In this document: piece by piece, positions 26,755 to 38,791 of the stretch
Layout of the letters: each line of letters starts with the position of its first letter
Position numbering within the stretch: the stretch's first letter is position 1
From: Octopus sinensis
Taxonomy: Eukaryota
Reading direction: 5' to 3'
Assembly: GCF_006345805.1 (NCBI RefSeq)
Contig: NC_042999.1
Coordinates: forward strand, 39,866,001 to 39,930,000
Length of the DNA: 64,000 nucleotides
Notes under the pieces: model-generated
Databases searched by the model: none
Told to the model about the DNA's origin: nothing
What the model saw: only the letters and a program-made list of their open reading frames with translations
Translations under genes and position numbers: made by a program

Positions 26755-28380
26755 CTCTACCGGGCCTGCAAAATCGATATACAACCGGAACCATGGTATT
26801 TTCAGTTCCAACCGAGGTTCACATTATGTAGTAGGTAGTTTCACCGCCAGCGCAATCCTCTGCAGCATTGCAACTTCTTTGTCCATGCTTGGCCAGTATA
26901 CAAGACTTTGCATCAGTGCTTTCATTCTAGAGATACACGGGAGTATTTTACCATTCTCTTCTGTAATGTCTGTGGTATGACCACCCTCTGAGCATACATT
27001 AGTACAGCATCATATATAGACCACACGTTCATATCTTGGCGGTTATTTATTTCCTTTTGTCGACCACAGTTTTAATTTTTGCATCATTAATAAATTTATC
27101 ATTTCTCGCATTTCATTTTATTTCTTCCAAAATCACTGGTTGTTCACAAACAATGTTCCACGCCACTGTTTTTGTTACTGCTTCCGATGTTAGCGCTGCT
27201 ATTACGGTGCCCTCCAGTAGTTCGCTATTTCTTGGAATTAGCCTAGACATACCATCGTTTTAAAGGCAGATATTCTATTCTATAGTCGTAGTTTCATAGA
27301 ATGGTGCCCAACCGCTGAAATCTGTTTACGGTATGTGTCGGGATCCATTTCTTGGATCCGTATATCATTAATAGAGGTATGTGCCAAACATGTATGTCGT
27401 GAATGAACCTGTGAAAGATTTCACGCCAAGTATAATAGCCAACGCTTCTTTTCCAATCTGGCTATAACTTTCTACCGCCGGCGATAATGTCCTTGATGTG
27501 TAAGCTATAACCTTTCTCCTTCCCTTCTTATCCTTGTGTAGGAGCACGGCTTCTATCGCATGCTCACTAGCATCTGTAGTTAGTACTGTCTCTAACTTTG
27601 GATCAAAATGCATGATACAATTGTAATGTTAAAACATGTTTTAATTCACTCATTAAACGCTTTCTGGCATTTCTCCGTCCAAATCCAGTTGACATTGAAC
27701 AAAATAATTCATTTAATGATGCCTTTACCTTATTTATATTTGGTATTAATTTACTAAGGCTAGGGATGCTTGTAGCATTGTCACGTTCGTCGGGAGTGGC
27801 ATAATTCGCATTGCTGTCGGTCCGGTCTGCATCCACTTGCATCAATTACTTGACCTACGTATTCTATGTTTTTATAAACATTTGCAATTTTCTTCTGCCA
27901 GTTATAGTCCGTATTCAATTCTCTCGAATATTTTATCTGTACTCGACATGTTGCACCTGCGATTCGCTCTTTATCAGAAAGTCATCTATGTATGCGATGG
28001 CGAAGTCGCAGTCACTTAACATCGTATAGATTATTTGTTGGAATGTGGCGGGTGTCACTTTTATTCCAAACAGCAGTCGTTTGAACATATAAATCTATGG
28101 TTCATGTTGATCGCTAGAAGATGTGTACAAACTTCCTCTAATTGAATTTGAAGGTACGCGTTTTGAAAGGCCTAAGTTCCAAAAAAGTTTCCCTCCGCTT
28201 AGTTTAGCAAATGTTTCTGGGCTTGGAAGTGGGTAATTGTGTGTGAGAAAGCAGTCGTTTAACCCGGTTGAAAATTGTGGGAACACTCTTAGTTCATTAT
28301 TCTTTTTTTGTAAGTACACCGCCAGTGCTGCCTAGTTTGCATGGTCATTCTCTTCAATTATATCCAGGCTTTCTAACGTT
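26755..28380 (-). mobile_element. Decayed Ty3/Gypsy pol (RT, RNase H, integrase zinc finger)
   Basis: FSTGLNDC..HNYPLPSPE, FGIKVTPATFQQ, YIDD, HFDP..VLTTDASEHAI, IAYTSRTL..YSQIGKEALAII, RVVIP, SRMKAL..VYWPSMDK, YIDFAGP. Confidence 0.9.
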
Positions 28381-28850
28381 TCTGCCAGCTCGCCACCTTA
28401 TGACGTAAACATTTAACAATATATATTTTAGTCTTATTGCTAAACGTTACTTCGTTATTCTCTTACTGATACGAAATTTGGTGGCATTTCACAACATAAC
28501 TTATCTTCTACTAATTTTTGTTCAATGCGACTAACAACTCGGAATATCTCATACATTTCTCTATCATATACGTTTAAGAAAAATTTACATTTAGTTTGAA
28601 ATTAAAAAGCTTATGTCATTTGAAGGGGAATAGGTGGCTTACTCTCCTCACCCCTTGAGATCGCAGATATTTTGATGTAACTTTTTTCCTACGGAACCAA
28701 ATGTCAAACTATTTATGCCAAAGTGTAGCTGAGGAAGTGTCCTCTGTAAAACTGTTTGCAATTTAGTTGAGAACTGAATTAGTGGTGAAGCTTGGAAGCT
28801 GCTGCGATTGACGAAGTGGTGGATTTAAGTATATATTCAACCACGGTAGT

Positions 28851-28916
<66 letters not shown>

Positions 28917-29639
28917 CCAGACAGACAGACAGGCAGAGACAGTGAGATAGAGTGATCGCGGGTGGTAACATTGGCATTGTAGTTCTAACAGCTAGAATGC
29001 CAATTTTATATATGGTGTATTGAAATTATTTGGTTATTTACATTTTAAAATTTCTCTTCATTCCGTTCTGCACCAAGCTTTGTTTCGTCATGCATATAAA
29101 CAGTTTAAAAACGTTTCTCTTTGTTCTTACACCATGAAGTTATCGAGTGTTCTAAGACACTTGTTTTACACATAGCTACGGGAATTATACAGGTCGGAAA
29201 TATAGTGTGCTTGCGTGTATGAATTCATGTTTATATATGAGTCTGTATTCATATAAATATATACGTACGTATGTATGAATGTTTCTACGTATATATATTT
29301 TCCAGGGTTACTTTGCATTTGATATGCTTATGCATTACTAATTCTACTTGCTTCATAGATGTTCTAATTGTAAATTTATTCGGGCAAGTAAAGGTTTTCG
29401 GATATCAGTTACATAATTTATACTTGAACGTGCTTTAGTCTCCTTCTAGTTCTAATTTGTGTGACGTTTTGGACTCCCTGATCTTGGCACAGATCAGTCA
29501 TGGTTTATGTTTCAGAAGAACCCTCCCGTTGTAACCATCCTTCATCTATTTTAATGTACCTATTTCAGTAATTGTGTGAAACCAATGTACTTCAGAAATA
29601 GAGTTACGGGGAATTATACTTACGAAACATTAATCTAAA

Positions 29640-30160
29640 TCTGTTGCAATCCATACTTATTTTCTGACGTCTACCTTCGAGGTAAACGTCAGATATTTGA
29701 ACTTGAGTCTGCGCATTGATTTTACCAAAGTAATTGTGTTGGAGTAAAATTCGGATGCATGGAGTTTTCTAGAACACACGTCGTTGGCATCATAAAATGT
29801 CATTGCTGTTAGAAGTTCAAGTGGGGCAAATTTATTTCAAAGTTTGAAAAAAAAAACGCTTGCAGGGATGACTGCTAATATGTCTTCATTTTTATGGTGG
29901 TAGGAAGATGTTCCCTTTTGTCTCCACTATGGATATTTTTCAGTGATGTTCTTAGCTCCTCAGCTGTTTTCTTTGGGCTGTGGCTAGACCAAAGAATCCA
30001 TTGTGAAAGTGACCACAATAGTTTTGTCTACTGGGATCGATAATCTTCAGTACAAGTCTCTGGGACACGTTGATCTTTCCCCACGTAATTTTTATGACAT
30101 GCAAATTATTAAAATGGTGTGGGAATTAAAAGCCAGATTCATGCCGACTAAAACCTGATT
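29640..30160 (-). mobile_element. Possible piggyBac-type transposase remnant
   Basis: Frame-hopping GMK(F)WLL...YVGKD...VLKIIDP...AEEL..TSL....DKRE.LP resembles PGBD-type transposases; heavily decayed. Confidence 0.4.
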
Positions 30161-30428
30161 ATACTAGAAATAGAAGCAAATTGGAAAGTGCAAAAAAGGG
30201 AAAATAATTCCATGATATATGAAAACGGATTTTATATTTGTTTTACACATGACTCTAAAACATGTGAATAAAATAACGTCAACGTTCCAATTTATATAGT
30301 ATCCCTCTGTATTTATTTCCACTAACTTTACACATGCACACACACACACACTTTCATATGCATTTCTCTATTTTAATATACACATATATTTAAAAATATA
30401 TATAATATACAGATACATATATCTATCG

Positions 30429-30513
<85 letters not shown>

Positions 30514-30514
<1 letters not shown>

Positions 30515-30634
30515 GTTACTCCGAGTAACAGGTTTTGTTGAATTTCTGCTTCTTTTATATAAAGCATATTACTCTACCCCTGGTATTTGAGTACTCTTTT
30601 TTTTCACCTTGTTTCACATTTATGTGTTTACTCC

Positions 30635-30637
<3 letters not shown>
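30514..30637 (+). repeat. About 125-bp PLE-tail-like unit between (AT)n arrays (copy A)
   Basis: Nearly identical to 31578-31699. Confidence 0.85.
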
Positions 30638-30709
<72 letters not shown>

Positions 30710-30796
30710 TAAAAGGCCTCTAAAAGAAGCAAGTACTAGATACACAAAAGGAGAGATAAATTCATGAAATGAAAATCGAAAAAGTTTACAAACTCA

Positions 30797-30856
30797 GCTC
30801 ATCTGCAGTTTCGTCTTTTTTTTATCTATCTGCCAAGGCTAGACTCTTCAGCAAGC
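30797..30856 (-). ncRNA. Near-intact type I hammerhead motif
   Basis: GCTTG-CTGAAGA-GTCT...AGAC-GAAA-C-TGCA-G-A-TGAGC; palindromic stem III, but one nt is missing from the GUH triplet. Confidence 0.65.
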
Positions 30857-30977
30857 AGCCTTCTTTTAGAGGCCTTTAATGTACTTATATATGAATAACA
30901 TATAGTCTAATGACTAATTTGTCTTTTGTGCTAGATCACTGGTGATAATAATTTATTTTATTACCCTTCTTACTATA

Positions 30978-31033
<56 letters not shown>

Positions 31034-31035
31034 CC

Positions 31036-31527
31036 TTGCAGGCTAGCAAGGACACCGTGATGGTGTCGGCTCTTCTGGTGACGTCGATAGTCGCCTGGGG
31101 CTAAATGATCAGTAACACCCCACCACCCCGCCCTGTCCCTAGCCACATTCAGATGGCTAATCCCGCTTATATTATAGAGCAGTTACTGTTTATACCTCGC
31201 TCAGAGATTTATTATTGTTATCGAACGGATTTTCTACGCCAGTGACTGTGGTTACTGTGAAAATCTATATATATCTGGCCTGTACAGGAAGTCCCTCAGC
31301 GAAGAACGGTGCTTGCCATGCGCTGACAAGAGGCAAATACCTCGAAACAGGTCCGTGTGTAGCATCCGTATCTTCGGTGAGGCTGATCTCCCTTTGCAGG
31401 CTAGCAAGGACACCGTGATGGTGTCGGCTCTTCTGGTGACGTCGATAGTCGCCTGGGGCTAAATGCATTAGTAACACCCCCACCACCCCACCCTGTCCCT
31501 AACCACATTCAGATGGCTGATCCCGCT

Positions 31528-31536
<9 letters not shown>
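31036..31536 (+). mobile_element. Retrozyme-like unit: about 1.4 tandem copies of a 358-nt GC-rich monomer with one hammerhead
   Basis: About 141-bp direct repeats at 31036-31176 and 31394-31536; hammerhead motif at 31317-31359; (AT)n on both sides. Confidence 0.65.
31317..31359 (+). ncRNA. Minimal type I hammerhead, two substitutions from consensus
   Basis: CATGCG-CTGACAA-GAGG-CAAATA-CCTC-GAAA-C-AG-G-TC-CGTGTG; G8 changed to A (CpG-type change); ACAGGT instead of palindromic ACCGGT. Confidence 0.7.
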
Positions 31537-31577
<41 letters not shown>

Positions 31578-31580
<3 letters not shown>

Positions 31581-31695
31581 ACTCCGAGTAACAGGTTTTG
31601 TTGAATTTCTGCTTTTTATATAAAGCATATTACTCTACCCCTTGTATTTGAGTACTCTTTTTTTCCACCTTGTTTCACATTTATGTGTTTACTCC

Positions 31696-31699
<4 letters not shown>
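31578..31699 (+). repeat. About 125-bp PLE-tail-like unit (copy B)
   Basis: Nearly identical to 30514-30637. Confidence 0.85.
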
Positions 31700-31762
<63 letters not shown>

Positions 31763-32045
31763 AAGTTCACTATCTGTAATACAAGATCAAAAAGAAATAA
31801 TTCAATTATCAGTAGTAATGACTGAGTGTGAAGAGTAAATCCTACATTGCTAGAAACACTTATGTCCAGAAGAAGCACACCGTGTATTAACTGACCGGGG
31901 AGATGACCAACCGCAGCATTATAAGGGTCCTTCCCTCTTGTTTCTATCGATGTGGCTGGTGCCCTGAACCTTCGGTCGCTCTCAGAAGCAATTGAATTTT
32001 TCCAACATAGTTCTATATTGCTGGTAGCTACCTCCCTTATTTTAT

Positions 32046-32389
32046 AATTTACACATTACTATTTTGCTGAATCATTCTTTGATTCATATGGTGTATACTA
32101 TATGATGCCAGGTAGGATTTAGCTTCACCATAAGCGACAGAATAATCAATTCTGATGTCATTTAACTTCGAACTAAACAAGGTTGCTAGTATAGGGATCT
32201 CGTTCGCTGTGGAGCGTTGTTTCCCCTGTCACTAGATTGACAATATCCTCTTAATGGGTATAAGTGTTTCGACTCTTCTTTGTAACAAAGTGGTACTTTG
32301 CACCCCCAGTCACTATATATATGTATTTTGTGTGTGTGTGGTGGGTGTGTCTGAGTGTGTCTGGATGTTAGTGTGGATGTGAGTGTTTT

Positions 32390-32441
<52 letters not shown>

Positions 32442-32668
32442 TATATATGTGTGTGTGTGTGTGTTGTGTGTGTGTACGTATGTATATATACGGACATGTG
32501 CACATGTATGTATATTTGTATATATTTATATATATCTATATCATCTATCTCTCTCTCTCTATATATATATGTATATATATATATTTATATCTATCTATCT
32601 CTCTATCTATATCTCTCTCTCTCTCTCTATCTATCTATCTATAGAGAGATATATATATATATATATAT

Positions 32669-32726
<58 letters not shown>

Positions 32727-33565
32727 TGATAGATAGATAGATAGATATATCCCTGTCATAAAATGTACAAACATATTAGTGAAACATCACAGAGAGAGAG
32801 AGTGAGAAAGACACACACGCACACACACGCGCATATGAGCACGTATATGCGGTATGCTTTTATCTACCGAATGAATGATAAAGATAAGGTCTCTTGCATA
32901 CAGACAAGAAATACGATACACCTTGTTATAGTCATTCTGATATTTATGAAATTTCATACTTCTCTCATTACAACATGCAAACGAGCGAGCGGAAAATCGT
33001 ATCAGGCAAACGAACATACAATAGACATTTCTTGGAACTAAACAATTACGTGATTAAGTGATCAACCAGACACTCAATAAGACAAACAGCCTGCCGACCA
33101 AACTATAAAGCAGCAATATGTGTAATCCTGTTTATTCCGTTCATGCAAGTATCAAAGGAAAATTCATAACGTCTGCAATCGAGGGATACGTTTGCTAGTG
33201 TAATCACCAGTGAGGTTAAACAACTGAGTTTAGGTTAATGTGTTCTTAATGTTGTACTAAAGGATAACCATGTTGATACTTTTTACTTTCATGTAATTCA
33301 TTGATTCATGGCAACTCCGTAGCACTCTCAAAACATTTTAGCTTTTAAGCTAATGCCGTGGTGTTGGTTTAAGGAATTTTGGTTTAGCAATTGGTGTACA
33401 CTTTTCTACAATCAGATCGATGGCTTTCGCATCAACAATTACACATGGATTTGAAATCAATTTACGAAACCATTTCTCTACCAAGGGACATAGTTCAAAG
33501 AATTACACTGGAGATATTGATGAATCTTTCTCCGACACATGTGGACACACAGGCGCATTCGTATA

Positions 33566-33647
<82 letters not shown>

Positions 33648-34717
33648 GTGAAATAGAAAGATGAATAATCTTGCAGCAGATTAATCAAAAGTTTAACCGA
33701 TACCTTGGTAGCAAAAATCACAGCAGAAAACTCTTCCATATTTTGTTTGCCAGAGGCCGGATGGTAAACGGACTTTTACAGTCGGCTTTTCGATGCCCCC
33801 ATTGGCGGCGTTACACTTATATGGCTTTTAAATAGCGTTTATAAATAATACCGGCACCCATAGCCCTTGGTAACAAATTCTGAAATAGCCTTTAAGATAT
33901 TTACGATTAACCACTGCAAGGGGAATTACTCCTGTAAGATAAACGGGGCTTGGTTTTTTGACAACGGGGGGTTACCTTGACAAGGCAGGTTCAGACGAAC
34001 ACACACACACATAAAACATAATATATATTTTTTTCTGCCACCCAACAGTTCTTACTGCAGTAGCCATTGTGGAGAGCGGCTTAACCACTGACAGCCGAGC
34101 GATCAAACGCACACACGGACACAAAAAATGTTTTCTACCAGCACACACATATATAGAACAGTATACACACACATGTCTCTAAGTAGATTTTTTCTCGCCC
34201 CTTATAAAACACCCAATATTCCTTAAATAGTCAGAACTTTATTCTCGGTCACAAAGAACATCTACACACCATCACCCACATGATTGACCGCTGCCTGACC
34301 CGTTAAAATCTTCAGCCACCGGTTCTCAACATACACTGATAAACAGTTTTGGCATGGGCTCTTAGGAGCCTAGTTCGATTTGTTTTGCTCCGCCTCTGTT
34401 CTGTTTTTGTTTTTTCCAACGGATTTCCTATTTCTTCCTGAAGAGAAAGACGCAATATGGTCTCATTATTCAATCGGATTTTGGTAAATTGTGCCTTTCG
34501 AAACACGTGTAGAATGAAATAAAACGATTTCTGTTCAATCTTCGTTCAGCTCCATTTCTTCAATTCACCAATAATATTTTATATATATTTATATATATAA
34601 AATTTATATATATATCTCTATTTATATATATATATATATCTCTATTTATATATATATCTCTATAGATAGATAGATAGAGAGAGAGAGAGATATAGATAGA
34701 GAGATAGATAGATATAA

Positions 34718-34754
<37 letters not shown>

Positions 34755-34847
34755 TAGATGATACAGAATATATAAAATATATACAAATATACATACATGT
34801 GCACATGTCCGTATATATACATACGTACACACACACACACCACACAC

Positions 34848-34893
<46 letters not shown>

Positions 34894-35248
34894 GTAGATA
34901 TATAAAAAACACTCACATCCACACTAACATCCAGACACACTCAGACACACACACACACACACACAAAATACATATATATAGTGACTGGGGGTGCAAAGTA
35001 CCACTTTGTTACAAAGAAGAGTCGAAACACTTATACCCATTAAGAGGATATTGTCAATCTAGTGACAGGGGAAACAACGCTCCACAGCGAACGAGATCCC
35101 TATACTAGCAACCTTGTTTAGTTCGAAGTTAAATGACATCAGAATTGATTATTCTGTCGCTTATGGTGAAGCTAAATCCTACCTGGCATCATATAGTATT
35201 CACCATATGAATCAAAGAATGATTCAGCAAAATAGTAATGTGTAAATT
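32046..35248. repeat. About 600-bp inverted repeat (arms about 32046-32655 and 34640-35248), spacer about 2 kb
   Basis: The non-microsatellite part (32046-32330 vs about 34965-35248) has one mismatch that I could find; the ORF track shows the same peptide end on opposite strands (32186-32503 and 34797-35108). Confidence 0.93.
34430..34520 (+). ncRNA. Intact type I hammerhead ribozyme motif
   Basis: Stem I ATTTCTTC/GAA(T)GAAAT; core CTGAAGA 34438-44; stem II GAAAG-A-CGCAAT/ATTGTG-C-CTTTC; GAAA 34500-03; C-ACGT-G; GTA cleavage triplet 34509-11. Confidence 0.88.
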
Positions 35249-36481
35249 TAGCATTACTCTAGCATTTCCCCTATCTTACTCAACAAATCACTAATATTTG
35301 CCATGAATCGCTCCCTCATAACTAGAGAAGAAATCAATATTGTGCTACTAGCTAGGAAGACATTTATTGAATTTGAAGATAAATTATGGACTAGAGCAGA
35401 TACACCAAATTTTTTGATATACCAATGGGTTCCAGTGATTCGGCTGAGGTAACCAACCTAGTAGGCGCATATCTATTAAAATGCATAAGCAAGGATATCC
35501 CAGAAATACGGGGGTCTATATAGAGAGATGATGCTCTGTTTGTTATCCCTAGTAATAATAAATCTGTTATAGAAAGGATTAGAAAGAAAATTAATAGTTC
35601 TTTAAGGATTTCAACCTCAGTATAACGTATGAACCGGGCACTAAAATAGCTAATTTCCTAGATATTACCCTAGACCTTAACTCCAAGCTACATTACCCAT
35701 TAGAAAGGAAGGCGAAGTCACGAATTACGTAAATAAATTATCAAATCATCCCCCAAATATAATAGAATCTTAGTAAGAAATATTTCATTAAGAATTTCAA
35801 AATTATCATCCAATAAGGATATATTTAACTCCCATTCTGAGCATTATAATGCGGCGTTAACTAAGGCTGGATACAACCAAAAGATCACATTCGTTGATAG
35901 GGAGAACTCACGTATTCCTAATAATGAAGTTATCAGTAATCAAGTAAGCAGCAAAAAAGACCAAACCCGAAATAAAAGTAGAATTAAATAACGGTAAACG
36001 CTAATCTAGAGTACAGGCCCAACCATTCAAATAGAAGCATTGACCAGAACATAGGTAACTCGGATAAGATTGAAGTAGATAAACCTAAGATGCACACAAA
36101 TAAAAATAAAAATAATGGTAATAAATACAATAACTCCGGTGAGATGAATAGTAGTAATTCTACGAACCCTAAAATTTATAAAAAAGATATATTATGGCTG
36201 AATATTCCTTTCAACTGTGCGATACAATCGGATATACAGAACAAATTCAAAGTAATTCTGGAAAAAAATTTCCCTATCTCTCATAGATATCATAGAATTA
36301 TTTCTAGGAAAACAGTTAGGATTTCTTATCACAACCCTCCCAAATATGTCCACTTTAATAGCTAAAATTAATAATAACAACATTAAACTAGCCAGGAAAG
36401 ATAGAAATAAAAATAATATTATCAGAATGAATACCAATAGCATAACAATAATATACTACCAACAACAATAAAAACAGCAAT

Positions 36482-37303
36482 ATGAACTATCAAAACATAG
36501 GTGAAATTAGTAACCACAGAATGACTAATAACATTAACATTAATAGTAATAATAACAATGCCGATATTAATAGAAGTAATATTGTTAATAATAGAAATAA
36601 TAGAAATAAGGCTAATGGTGAAAATAGGGAGAATGAAAATATCAGTGATATCTATAACAATAATATACAGTTGGATAAAAAGACTAACAATAATAATAAC
36701 ATTACGAATAATATAAGAAATCTTGGTAGGACTTTACACCTAAATGATGAAACGGAAGGATCAATAAATAATAGCAATACTTTAGATATCAGTACCAACT
36801 ATAGAAATGATAATCAAAATAATAGGAACCTTAAACATCTACCCAGGAATAATCCAAGGCCTGAAGTTGTTCCTCCTGTGTGTAAGTGTAGAATAAAATC
36901 AAAATGCCCGGCACCTGGTCTATGTAGGGAAAATAATGTAATCTATAAATGTACCATATCCACGGAGAATAACAAATATTTTTACATTGGCTGTACAATT
37001 AATTTTTTAGCCAGAGTTAGAAATCACATCTCGACTTTTAAATTACGTCATAAAGCTGGTACCACCACACTTTCAAACAAAATCTGGGAACTCAAAAATA
37101 ATAACAAAAATTATACCCTTAATTGGGAAATAGTTAGGAGAGCAATTCCGTATAAAAATAGTAGGGTTGGTTGTCAACTATGCTCCATGGAGACGTACGA
37201 AATTCTAAAGCATAGTAAACATAGAAACTTATTGAATAACCATATCGAACTAGGTCAAGTTTGTGTCCACGCTAAATTGAAGACTTTAAAATATTTTAAA
37301 TGA
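36482..37303 (+). CDS. Asn-rich linker and GIY-YIG endonuclease of PLE copy 2
   Basis: CKCRIKSKCPAPGLC..NVIYKCTI..YIGCT..ARVRNH..TLSNKIWELK..WEI..CQLCSMETYEI..LLN; roughly 70% identical by eye to the EN of 920-1636. Confidence 0.88.
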   Translation: MNYQNIGEISNHRMTNNININSNNNNADINRSNIVNNRNNRNKANGENRENENISDIYNNNIQLDKKTNNNNNITNNIRNLGRTLHLNDETEGSINNSNTLDISTNYRNDNQNNRNLKHLPRNNPRPEVVPPVCKCRIKSKCPAPGLCRENNVIYKCTISTENNKYFYIGCTINFLARVRNHISTFKLRHKAGTTTLSNKIWELKNNNKNYTLNWEIVRRAIPYKNSRVGCQLCSMETYEILKHSKHRNLLNNHIELGQVCVHAKLKTLKYFK

Positions 37304-38703
37304 TTGGAATATTCATAACTAGATAGATAGATATAACTTGATTTCTACTAGTATAGCACTGCTTTAAGTAGATAACTAAATTCTCACATTACAGTTATCT
37401 TTATCCTTTTCCTTATATCTACATCAGTTTTTTGAGAACAGGGAAATGAATAGTACTTATTCGCTACTTAATTGAGGCTTTATTTAATTTCAAACTCGCA
37501 ATTTTTAAATTCTTAATTTTAAATCTTAATTGTAATATTTAATTTTAATTCCTAACTTAATCTAATTTAAATAGCATAACTCTAATAAATTATAATTAGT
37601 TACTGTAGCCCCATAATTCTATTTCATAATTAAATAAATAAGGCTATTCCTCGGTGATAATATGATTATCTTCATTAGGATAGACAATCCCCTAACACCT
37701 TGTAAATGATCTTATAAGATTTGACCTGTAGTCGGTCAATGTATGAATAATAACGACAACTCCTTAAGACAATAAATGAATAAATTAAATAAGTAAATTT
37801 TTAATGACTTTTTGATAAGATTATACTTAGATTTTCCTAATGTATTTTCTGGTGATTTTAGCATCTGACCCCTTAACCCCTGACTGTGTTATCTCTTTAG
37901 ATTCTCTTTAAACTCATAGCTGATTTCAACAGCAATAAATTAACGGTTTACTGGTCAAAGAATAATATTCCCCTCCAATTCCTAGATGCCTGTTGATTAA
38001 AACCAGACTTACAGTCTACTAGCTCTACTGTATAACTAGAACCCTCTTTTTCTTTTTCTTTTTTTTCCCTTCTTTCCCTATTTCTTTCTCTTTTCTCTTT
38101 CTTCTTTCTTCTTCTTATTCTCTGTTTCCTTCTCTTCTCTTTTAGTCCCCCTTTCCCCCCCCTTTTTTTTGCTCCCTCCTCCATTATTTTCTCTCTTTTC
38201 TTCTATCCCTTCTCTATTCTTGGCCGATCTAGTAAGCCCTTCAACCTTTAAGAGTTAAATAGCTACAGCCTCTTGTGAATAGCAGTAGTGTGATTAATAT
38301 GGCAAACACCTAATCATATAACAAGGATTGGTACCTACCTCATTGTGTTCAACCATTGTAAAATTATCGCCTGTGAATATGAAATTCATCTCCATTCTCT
38401 GGAAATTTACATCTACACCATTGGAATCTGTGCATTATACAAAGGATTAATTCACCCTCTCTGTAATGCTAATAACAATGGATAAATTTGTCTTCTGTGA
38501 GTATATAACCCTCATCATATCTATGGAAATTCATATGGATTAGGTCACCTTCTCTGTGATGCTATCAAAACTTTTTTAAAATTCTGTGATAAGACTATAC
38601 TCATCTTTAAGGAACTTTAATGAACTTTAGAAATCTGTTTAATTATCTACATTACTTCATGAGTATAGCCTCAAACACTAGGATGTCTAGAGAACTTACA
38701 TGA

Positions 38704-38791
38704 TTTAGCTGATGAGTACGGGACTCGTTATATGCTGTAATCTTTGCAACTTTTAATAAAACCTGTCCTTGTATGAAACGATCGTACTAAA
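38704..38791 (+). ncRNA. Type I hammerhead ribozyme motif at the 3' end of PLE copy 2
   Basis: Stem I TTTAG/CTAAA; CTGATGA 38709-15; stem II GTACGGGAC/GTCCTTGTAT with 40-nt loop; GAAA 38775-78; C-GATC-G; GTA 38784-86. Confidence 0.85.

Noticed and set aside
36860-37303. Selenocysteine (UGA) recoding, reported for many Naiad PLEs
   Set aside because: Both EN ORFs use TGT/TGC at all Cys positions with no in-frame TGA, so there is no reason to invoke a SECIS.
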